Assembly (NCBI GenBank): GCA_021613535.1
Contig: CP075492.1
Coordinates: forward strand, 7,750,001 to 7,814,000
Direction: 5' to 3'
Length of the DNA: 64,000 nt
DNA from: Adineta vaga
Taxonomy: Eukaryota > Animalia > Rotifera
Positions 13,301 to 24,923 of this stretch are shown piece by piece. A program made the translations under genes and the position numbers. Every line of letters begins with the position of its first letter. The first letter of the stretch is position 1. The notes under the pieces are model-generated. The model was not told the DNA's origin and made no database searches. It was given only the letters and a program-made list of their open reading frames with translations.

Positions 13301-16300
13301 TACTATGATAAACTTGTTTTGATAATAAATAAGAGAATTCTTGTTTTTGTAAATCACCAGCAATTGGTAAAATACGTTCAATCTAAATCTCATTTTTTTA
13401 TTCTCAATAATCTATTCAAAAAATATAATTACTTACACGACCATCATCTTTTTCTACACCAAACCATTGTTGACAAATAAAATAAGATTTTTCCATTGTT
13501 TGTAAATCACGAATGATTATATATTTCAAAAACCATGATGCTTTTCCACCTTCTCCACTATTATTATGCCATATTCGAATATAATTCAATGATCCCAATG
13601 ATCTACAAAAGTAATATTTCATTTACATAAATAATCATATGTTATCTTTACTTTGGAACACTTAGAATAAATGCATCAATTCCACCACGTTGTAAAATCT
13701 TTCGATTTCCATCATCAAATTGACGAACATTTGTTTCATCTTCATTACCCACAATAATAAAATGAACCTATCAACAAATATATCAATTCTTTTCTCTTCA
13801 TTTTTAGATCTTACTTTTGAATCTGTTCCTGCATCTTTTCGATGACCAGTAAATACCAAAATTTGATAAAAATATTGATCATTATGATAATTATCAGCTA
13901 ATGGTGTTACACCTAATTTTTCTAAATCTTTTTTATCTTTATAATGTGCATAAATCATGATCAGAATATAAAATATACAAATACAAATAATTGTTAAATA
14001 AATTGTTTTATTTCGAACAAAATCACCATTTGTAAAAACATAATTCCAATTAATTGGTGATGGTAAAACAAGAAATCCACCTGAAAATGTTGTTAAATGA
14101 GTTGATAAACATTGTGTTTGTTTATGATTTGTTTCAGATCCAACCTTTAACAAACAAATCAATAATTTCAATAAGAAATTCAAACAATATTTACTAATAA
14201 TCCTTGTGTTTGCCAAATATTCTTATTATCTAAATAATAACAACACGATGTATAAGTTCGAAGTTCATAATTTGAACTAAAATTAAATCGTTGATCTGTT
14301 ATTAAAAGATTATTTAATGATTGATTTGTACATGTTGTTTCATATTCTGTTGAATTTAATTCTCGTAAACCATAAATTATTGATTGATGACCAAATGTTT
14401 GTTGATTATTAAGAAAATATTCATAACGTTTATTCGAAGTCAAATCTAAATAAAATAATTCTATTGAATTAAATCAAACAAAAATATGAAAACAAACTTA
14501 AAGGACAAAAATATGTCCATCCATCAAGAAGAGATATTGAATTATTCAATTGTGGTGATTGATCAAATCGATAAATTAATAAATAACCAATACTTTCATT
14601 CAATGGTTTCATTTCAAACATTAATGCAACACTTCGATTATTATTCCATCGTGATTGAGCATATTTTACAAAATGAAGATTAAACATTTGATTGTGAGAA
14701 GAAGAAGAAGAAGAAGAAGTGTTTCCATTCGATGTTGTAACATTTTGTAAAGTCATTGATGGAATTTGTAAATTTGGATCACGTGGAATAATTAATTCAA
14801 TTCGATCATTTAAATCTGTTGTAATTGGAATTTCATTTCCATTATGATCTAAGATTGTCAATGAAATACTTCGTGAAAGATTTGTATTTGATATTAAACC
14901 ATTATCATCAGATAATGCAAGTGATTGAACAATTGACTAAAAGAAACAATAAAATTATATTCGATAATTTTATTATATAAATCAAAACGAACTCGAAGTG
15001 AAATAATAGAATGATTATTATTTATTAAATGAATACTTGATGGAATAATAATATGTGCATCACTTGTTTGTTCAATTCGTTTATTTAATAATGATGAATT
15101 TAATATTATTTCCATTTGATAAAATATTGATGAACAATTAATTGTCATATTTTGACCAAGATTTAAATGAGTTTTCATTGTATTACTGATCAATGAAATA
15201 GTTTCACTCATTTTATTATGAATTGTTTTTGATAATTGTTTTTGATAATAATTATTTCGACCTTTTTCAATTGTTTCCCATGAAAAATCATTTTTATCAG
15301 CAAATAAATCTAAACACATCAAATCAAATCTTTTTAAACATCATTCATTCATTCATTTCTCATCATACTTGGATTGGACCATTCAGAATCAAGATCAGTA
15401 TCATAATCAATAGGAAAATCATTTGCATCAGACCAATCTTTATCAAGAATACTTGTTCGAACTTGTAATGGACCATTTACACTACTCAACACATTATTTA
15501 TACATTCACTTAAATATCTTCCTACAATTTGAACATCATCCGAAGAGATTCTTGTACTTTTCATTTGTAATGCTAATGCTAATTCATAACATTTATTCGA
15601 TACAATAGTCTATCAACGAAAGGAAACTAGAGAAATACAATCAATCTTATGACATTACCAAAGAATTTCGTGTTAATTGATTTGTTGCTTTAGTAAACTG
15701 AGCTAATGAAGATGATTGTAATTTGATACTTTCAATTGTTGTAATCGACAGATTTGTCATATAACGAATAAGAAGATCTCGAGCATTTGCATATTTATTC
15801 AATTGTTTATTGTATTCAATAAGAGCAACAGTTGTATTCAATACACCAGATAATGACTACAAATACATAACAAGTGAATCTATAAAACAAACAATAAATA
15901 TCACAAAATAAACTTACTGTTTGTTGAGTTTTACTATTTAATGATGAGATAGATATTGTGGATATAGGAATACCATCTATATGAACATTATCATCTTGGT
16001 TTTTTTATAAAGTATATCGACAAGATTACTCACTTATCAAAGCATTTTCAATTGCTTGATCATTGATCTTATTGAATTCATGAGATAATGATGTTATTAT
16101 TTGACTAATACGATTTTGATTTCCACTTGCAAGCATCGAAATAAATGAATTATTTGTAGAATTGAGAAAACTTTCTATTTCTTCAAAATTTGATTCAACA
16201 AATACAGATGATATATTATATTCAGTAACACAATCATATATATCACGAATATTTGCAACAATATGTAATAATGATCCATTCTCATTTGTACCAGATAAAA

Positions 16301-19300
16301 GAACTTCATTTGTTGATAACATTGAAAAAGCAATCATTACTCGATCCGATTGATCTGTTCTCCATCCTATTCAAGAGATTTATACAAGACATTTCTTTCC
16401 TTTCCAGAATAGAATAAATACATACCATAAAATGAATAATCTTTGATTCCATCTGCATCAAACCAATTTGAACATGAAATCGTAAATAATGTACTTGTTG
16501 TACCATTCGAAGGACTTATTGAACAAGAACCATTACTTGGTGGTTGATTCATTATAAAATTTAATGCACTTGCACTTGATCTGTTTCCGAACCAGTAAAC
16601 AACTTCAAATCGCCAATATGTAATCGAAGGATTCGCAAGAAATAATTGATTTGTTGCTGTAAAATTATTTGTATTTATACCTAAATCAAATCAATATTTT
16701 TAATAGCATATGACTAGTAATGTGATAGCTTTACCGAAAAACCAAATATCTCGATAAATATTCATCTGATTGAATAAACTCCATTGAGTAACATTAGATG
16801 AAACATTCACCGATCCTTGATAAATATTCCATGAAATAGAATCAGCTTTTGAACAATTATTTACACAAACTGAAAATAATGCTGCTTGTGTAGTTGGATT
16901 CATATATTGATATTCAACATTTGGGATACACATTGTCGAAATCACACAGCTAAATCAACATTACTCTTATTTATGTATAGAATAGAACGAAAAAAAAAAC
17001 AAACTTACGCAACGGCTATCAATGGAGAATGAGTCTCTTCTACATGTACTATAACATAACCAGTTGCTGTCAAAGAAGAATTTTGACGATGTGTCATATG
17101 AACCATGATTTGATATGTTTCATTTGAAGAAAATGAACCTGCTAGAATGATTAGTGAAGATTTGGGTGATAGGATTGATCCATGATATTCTAATCCAGAT
17201 CCATTTTCTGTTTTCAAAATAAAAAAAACAACAACAACAACTGAGATTAATCAGAAAACAATCAGATATAAGACAACATACTTGATTGATTTGCGAAACA
17301 TGATGGATTCAGTGAATCAATTCGAGAATCATCGATAGTTAACAGTGTACCATTAATATTTGGAAATGAATACCGATCAAATATTCGACAATAATAGTCA
17401 TAATTCCAATTCTATCCAAGAAAAAACAGTCGAAAGTGATTTTCTGGGTGATAATTGTATACTTACAGTTGCATTAAATGTATCAGAATCTGGATCAATA
17501 GAATATGCACCTGGATTCAATAGTAAATCTTGTTGATATCCATGTGCAATCATTAGAGTACCAAATTGAATTAGATTGGCTGTAATATTTGATGGAGTGA
17601 TTTTAGCATAGATCAAAGCAGTAGAAGTTGAGTTTGGAAAGGTTGCCATTGTCACACTGAGCTTGAGTTCATAGATGCCATAATCGAGACTATTGGATGG
17701 AATAAAGAGTTCACTTTGTGTAGTGATTATCGATGAATCAAGTTGAATATCGGTTGAACAAGTCGATGAACATTGCTTCAGTGTCCATTTAATAATTGTA
17801 GAAAGTGATGGATTACAGTTTAACTGAAGATAAGAGAGCAAATATACACTCTGGCCTCGTTGATATTGTAATGGTGATAATAGGCTTGACGGATTCCCAA
17901 ACAGCGTAATATTCGGAGATTGACAATCTAAAAATATAAAGCAAATTAGAAGTACTATTTTTTAAAATCCTTAAAAACTACTATAATTTGCTGATAACAT
18001 TATAGATGTAGTTGTTGTTGTATTTGCCATTGTTGAAGTTGAAGCAGAAGTATTTGTGGTAGTGACAGTCATTGTGCTGGTATCGGTGGTTGTTGTATCT
18101 GTAGTGGTTACAGTCGTCGTACTGGTGCTAGTAGTTGTCGTATCTGTGGTAGTGACGGTCATTGTACTGGTATCGGTGGTTGTTGTGTCTGTAGTTGTCA
18201 CGGTGACTGTACTAGTGTCGGTAGTTGTTATTGTCATTGCTGATGATGAGAACGTCGTAGTAGTGTCTGTGGTAGTTGTAGTTGCTAAGAGTAAAGTAAA
18301 ATTAATCGTTTCCACGGTGAGCAATTTTGAGAATGAGAATAGATGTTTGCCTCTGTAATCATTTTGTGGAAACTCAAAAGATTTAGTCGCCTATTTTTAT
18401 TTGCTTGGACGAGAAAACTAATTTTTAAATTCAACAAGCATCCTATATGGAAATTACAAAGAGCTTTAGCACAAAATCAATGCAAATTGCCTATAAATAA
18501 CACTAATGTAACTAAATGCCACAAAGAAGTGTTGTGCGTCGTACTAGCGAATCATTTCCTCTAACACACCGTATCTGTATAGAAAAGAAAGACCACTCAT
18601 TTTATCCTATTTCTGAACTTTCAGAGCTAATCCATTATAGTCGAAAGCAAGACGAAAGTATAAACTTAATATGCATACGATCTAAAAACCACATATCATT
18701 CTTCCTCTTAAAAAACAATTCAGATTAGAATCATGTTTGATTTAGATCATTTTTTCGGAAGAAAACTAAAGTTAATTACCGAGACCGTTTGATACCGAAA
18801 AAAATTTTTGAACTCGGTTATTACTCAGATCGACGACCAAAATATTTCCATCATTATCGAAAGCCATAGTAGTCGGTTGTTGTAACGTTCCTTGTGGAGA
18901 ACTTGCACCTGAACATCCAACAATGCATTGAAAGCCGGAAGGTCCGTTGCCAACAATACGATTTTGATTACAGTCAACGATGTATAAATAATTATCCATA
19001 TCGAGTACGACACCCGACGGAGCAGCTAATGATATACCAACTGGTGGCGAACCACCGGCTACTGTTGTTGCGTTTAATTCTCCTGACAAAAAAAATTGAA
19101 CTCGATTGTTATAACTATCGGCAACATATAAATTAAGAGAAGCATCGACAAAAATGCCTCTAGGTGTATATAGTCCATCTGGTCCGTATCCAACAAGCCG
19201 GTACCTGCAACGACTCTCGATCCTATATAAATTGGATCGTTCAAAGATTTCATTACAACTTGATGAAAATTTGCTATAGAGCAATACAGTCTATTGGTTG

Positions 19301-21100
19301 TATCGATAAACAAACCATCACATTGATCACTAACATACATAACAGGAGTGCCATTTACACTATTTAATGTCCATTTATCTATTCGACCATTGTTACCATT
19401 ATCAACATAGATATCATCAGTGCTTGTAACAAAGATACTTCGTATAGTTGCTGAACCGGTAGAAATGTTTTTCACGGATTGGCTGCTACCTTCAGGCCAT
19501 ACTTGAACATTTTGATAAATAGGCGAAGATACATAAACAGTATTGTTTGAGGTAACAAAAAGTCCGTTTAAAGTCCATCCGATAAAAGTTTCATTTATAA
19601 TAGTTAACGCATTTGGATTCCAACTGGGATTTGCACCGAATTTTGGTCGATTGTAAGAAATAACTAGAAAATGAACGAATTTATATCAAATTTAAAATTG
19701 ACAGAAAGGAAATCTCCAATCATATTAAAGATTTGATAATGACTGTGTTCATTCTGTGAGTAAATATCCTATCTATATCATTCTCATCCTATTAACATTT
19801 CTTCGATATAGGTAGATCTACTTTGTATAAGTTAATCAGCTATTAGAAACAATGTTTTATCACATACCTCCATTGTAAGATATATTTGAACTTAAAGTTG
19901 TCGTTACACTACTCGTTGGTATTCCTATGAAAAGAATCAAAAATAATCTTCATTCAATATTATAAAAGAAATACCCGTAGTTCCAGTTGCTGCTGTTGTT
20001 GTTGTAATCACACCTTTGCAAAGAATATACATTACATAAGATAATTATAATACTTTTGGATTATTCATTTAAGTAGATAAAATCATTAGAAGAAATACAC
20101 TTACTACATGAATTCGTTGCTAAATAAAATTTTTGAATACGAGCATTTTCCCAATCAGCAACAAATATATTTCCATAGTGGTCAAATTGAAGTATACCAG
20201 GAAACGATAATTGATTCGGCATTTTGCCACGTCCGTTACACCCGACCAAACAACGAAAACCATTTGCTCCAGATCCGAGAACTCGATGATTAGAACTATC
20301 AACAATAAATAAATATCCATCGAAATCGAGTACAACTGAACTCGGACATTTCAATGTAATATCTGCGGCTCCATTTCCAGCTACTGTTGTTCCATTTAAC
20401 TGATCTACTTTGAATACTTGAATTCTATTATTACCACAATCCGCTACATATAAATCAAGATTTGTATCAACAAAGATTCCTCGAGGTGTGAAAAGCATAT
20501 CTGCGGCTGGTCCTGGACAATTTTTACCTGCAGCAGTACTAAATGGGTTTGGACTATTATCCAATATTTTTTTAATAACTATGTGTTTATCTTGGATGGA
20601 ACAATAGATAGTATTATTGATATCTACGAAAAGACTAAAACACGGTGCACTGATAGGCGCTACAGGTGAACTATTTGTTGCCTGTAATCTCCATTTATCT
20701 ATTCGCCTGTATTGAACACCCATGTCAACATAAATGTCGCCGTTGTCAGTAACAAATAAACTGAATGAATTGCTTAAATTATCGGAAATATTTCGATCCG
20801 GATAATTTTGTCTTTCGAGCCAAACAAATATTGTATTCAAAAGCGTTGAAATATAATAGACTGAATTGTTACTACTAACAAAAAGAGAAGAAGAATTTAA
20901 ACCGACTGTATTGTTATCAGCAAAACTAATAGCAGTTGTATTCCATGTTGCATCGGAACAAAGTTTCGGTCGATTGTACGATAGACCTGTAATAAATGTA
21001 GATATTAAATATTCAGAACTATCAATAGAAGTTAGAAATACATACCTGTCGTCTGACTGATTATCAATAAAGTAAGCAGACAGAAAATTAACTTATTCAT
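10316..21100 (-). CDS. Polycystin-1-like (PKD1L/PKDREJ-type) receptor-channel: signal peptide, two NHL-repeat modules, Thr-rich stalk, REJ, GPS, PLAT/LH2, TM and PKD channel domains; many exons; frameshift in NHL module 2
   Basis: ATG at 21100 gives signal peptide MNKLIFCLLTLLIISQTT. NHL exons lie at ~20986-20105 and ~19663-18780 (PRGIFVD..LYVAD..NNRIQ). Then a Thr-rich exon (~18285-17984), REJ exons (LNPGAYSIDPD, PPSNGSCSISP..GT), GPS (CYYLD..WQTQGL/VG..T....TQCLSTHLTTF), PLAT (YQILVFTGHRKDAGTDS, LGSLNYIRIWHNNSG), HLWFSIFSRPPSNKFTRVQRCTCC, and the channel region (LRQLRV-like MRQLRV, WIDQQTRAILIQLTLYNPN, LGPFAFSLF). Last exon ends ...DTMK* at 10316. Confidence 0.88.
18050..18285 (-). repeat. 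Imperfect ~45-bp tandem repeat encoding a Thr-rich mucin-like stalk (unit ~TMTVTTTDTTTTDTS)
   Basis: The 15-aa unit recurs about four times in the 17971..18324 ORF, between the NHL modules and the REJ region. Confidence 0.85.
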
Positions 21101-22654
21101 TGATAGTATTCTTTTGATTGAATACTACAAAGAAATGATAAATCGCAAAATAAAACTTTTAGAACTAATGTTATTTGAGAAAATGGACGAAGTGCCGTTG
21201 ATAAAAAAAATGTTCTCATAAGTTTTTTATTATTTATTGTCTATGATCGAAGTTTGTTTTAATAAAATATAAATGTTCTAGAAACTGAGTTTTTAGTCTC
21301 AAAGATATAGTTTTACTAGAAATTTCTTTTCTTTTCAATAAATATTAAATGAAGTAAAAACGGATATGACAAGACAATGAAAGTCACAAATTAAAATGAA
21401 ACAGTTTGAGAAATGATACTAAAATTATAGAAAACTTTAGTTTATAAGGAAAGAAATACCTGGATTCTTTCATTTTAATAACAAATATTGTTAGAATAAG
21501 ATTCATTGTTTTGACGGATGAAATTCTAATTTGAAATATTCTATTAATTTATGTTATTTCGCATGAGATCATGTTTTTTGTGGACATATATACATTTTCC
21601 GAACAACTTCAATATTTACAAGCATCTCGTGAATAGTAGAAATATATACCGGAATAAGGAGTATTGACATCAGTTGAGTTCAACTTTTTATCAGCGAAAA
21701 AAATCAATTTTAACTTTAATTTTTTTTTGTTTGTTCTTGATGAAAATATTTACATCATCAAAAATTCCATTTATAAAAAACTTCTTCTTAAAAATCTGTT
21801 TTAATTAGTTCTGAATCTTATTATTGAGACTAAGCCGATATATCTACATGCATAATTCTTCCGAAAATCGAATATTATTTTTAAATGATCGTTCACTCCA
21901 CGTTTAGCTTCCTAATAATCTCTTTTTATTCTCAAAAGCAAGTATTCCAGTGTACAACAAATAATTCATATTCCTTCGCTATTTGTTCCAAAGAAACTCT
22001 CTGAGGCAGTTTTATCACGATGGAAATTGCATCCCTTGTTGAACTAAAAACTATACAATGTATAATAGCACTTCGAAATAAATGTATAGATGTATTCAAT
22101 TGTTAGATCAAGAATTAATCGGAAAGTTGTAGTCGTCTTTACAATATGAAATAAACTGATGTATATATTTGAATAAGTTAGAAAATATGAGCAGTTTGAA
22201 TGTTAGAATGAAAACCAAAAATAACAAAAAACGAAAACAAGAAAAAAGAAACACAAACGACACAAAACAGTTGTTCTAGTTTTTTGGTAATGCGAGTTTA
22301 ATGTACATCTTATCTAACTACACACATATACATTTCTATCTAAGAAATACATTTCAATGTATGTCATCATATCTCTATATACAATAACAATGCACAAACT
22401 TACATACATACAGAAGAGAAAGAAAACACTAAACACCAAAAAATGTTCACTAAGTGGCATAGAAGAAAAAGCACACAGACAAATACATACTAAGAATGTA
22501 TGTGGATAGACAAATAAATAAATAGAAAAACACACACAAATACATTGATATACATATATTGAAAGACAGATGAAGAGAAAAAAACATCTCTTCTTCTTGT
22601 TTATCGATTAATTATAATGAAAAAAATTTTGTGTTGGATGTTGAAATGTTGACA

Positions 22655-23294
22655 TCATTGGACTATAAAGATTTGAATCAAAAACAGATGATTGTTGTTG
22701 CTTTGTTGTTGTTGAACATTTTCACTTTCCCAAAGATGACGTACAGCTTGTATTTTATCAGCTAAACCTTGTTGACTATTTACTGATGAATGATCATATA
22801 AATTGTCTTGATGTTGTGCATGTGTTGTCATGGAATTATTATTCGTTTGTTGTTGTAATGAAAGCATCGAAAGAAATCGAAGAACATTCTAAAATATACC
22901 AAATAATAATAAATATCTTTGAAGAAATTATTTCAGAAGAAAAAAATCAAGATGTTTTTCTGTTATTGTTTAATTAATATAAGAGCAAAGAATTGTAATT
23001 TATATTAATATTAACGATGATATCATTTGACAATATAATATTTAAACTATTTTCCATCGAACAAATTATATATAGATCGATATCATCATATACAGAGTAT
23101 TCCTTGTTTACATATGTCTCGATTTGATCAGACATCCTTCACACAAGAATATTATATTAGACAAAATCGAAATTAATAAAACCCTATCGATATAGTCAGG
23201 AACGAGACGTTTCCTTCAGACATCTTTCTTAGCAATCTCATCGGAGAAGAAAAAAAAGTTAAAATAATTGTTACCTGTTCGAATTGTTGCGGCA

Positions 23295-23328
<34 letters not shown>

Positions 23329-24923
23329 CATAGGAAACACTTGTTGTCTTGCCCAATTTTGTTGTTGTTGATGCATAAACATAGCTGTAGCCATTTCATT
23401 CATTTGTTGTTGTTGAGGCATTGAAAATGTTCGATTCATAAATGGATGTTGCGGTGTTGAGACTCCAAACCAACTTTGCTGTGTTGGTCTTATTTGTTGA
23501 TTTGATGGCAAACGTTGATCAATAAATGAAAAATCATTTGAAACAGTCGGTGTCGATGTTAAACCATATTCATAAGCTAATCGAGCATCATCCACTAAAC
23601 TTTGATCCATCATTTGTGATGAATACATATGTAAATGATCTGGACCCGATTTCGTATGATTGAATCCTATTGGATGAAGAAAAAAATGTTTGAATTAAAA
23701 ATGAAATTTTCATTGTTCAATTTACCGTTATTCATCATCATTGAAGGTGTTGATAAATGATGTTGAATTTTCGATTTTTCTAATCGTGCTTTCAGTTGTA
23801 AACTTTCCGTAATCGATAGTGGATTTTGATGTCGACGTTCAATATGAAAATATTTACATTTCAATCCATATGTACATTTTTTTCCATAAGGACATAGGGG
23901 ATAATGTGTTTCGCAATCATTACCATCTTCATCATTTACAATTGTAACTAATAATGGTTGAAAACTAAATTTAAACAAGAATATAAAGAATTGAAATTAA
24001 CAGAAAAGAAAATTTTTCTTACTTATCATTTTGAAATCGATATCGAATAACTTTTTCTTCAAGAATTTGTTTGTAGATCGTAAAATCTAAGATGACATCT
24101 TTAAGTGAAACATTAGTTATCAAATGTCCTTTTGTTTTTTGAGAAAATTTTAACATTTCACTAATATGAGTATATGAACTTGGTTTATGAGTTTGTTTCG
24201 ACATTCGATTCGTATAGACAAGAAGATTTTTTCGTTCAAGATCACGTAAAGATTTCGATTCTGAAAAACTTTGATCATGTCGATGATTTTTCAATGAATA
24301 TGGTAGAACAACAAAGACTTTTTTATGTCCATGAGAATGTAAATATTTCAAACATATTTCAATTCCACGCCATGAAAATGAATTATTACCATAACTAAAT
24401 AGAATGAACAAGATGAAGATCAACCGCTTTCGATTTAGAAACAATTCTACCTAAAAGCAAGATCAGCACCATCAATAATATATACATCATGTGGAATCGG
24501 TGTATCTGAACAATCTGTATCGGTTGTAGTTGGAGAAATTGTTTTAGTTGATGATGATGATGGTAATGTTGGTGGTGGAGATGACGCATTGGAATTACTG
24601 TTGACTTCGGCTGTACGTACGATTGTTTCAATAAATTTCGACATATCATCACCATCATTTTGTTGTTCTATAACACTTTTAATTAGTTCGTAATCATAAC
24701 CCATTGAAAGACCTTTATTAATTTTTAAAGCTAATGCAGGATCATCATCACTTCCACAACCGGAATCATTTTCGTGTTGATGTTGTAAAGTTTTTGATGA
24801 TGACGAAGCTGGTGGAGATGACGAACATGAACTAAGTGATGATTCATTGTGAAGATCGAAAAATGACAATGATGATGTTTGATCGTTAGGATCGAAATTT
24901 GTATTGGTAGTTGTTGTTGACAT
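22655..24923 (-). CDS. ZC3H12: Regnase/ZC3H12-like protein (UBA-like N-terminus, NYN/PIN domain, CCCH zinc finger, Q-rich tail); active site degenerate
   Basis: Motifs: KINKGLSMGYDYELIKSVI (UBA-like), YIIDGADLAF/SYGNNSFSWRGIEICLKYLHSHGHKKVFVVLP, LRDLERKNLLVYT, LEEKVIRYRFQND, CPYGKKCTYGLKCKYFHIER. The last exon 22888-22655 is inferred from a phase-0 splice EQ/NVLRFLSML; the 3' end is less certain. Confidence 0.85.

Noticed and set aside
18056-18358. Val-rich 100-aa ORF on the + strand
   Set aside because: It is the antisense reading of the Thr-rich tandem repeat in the polycystin stalk exon.
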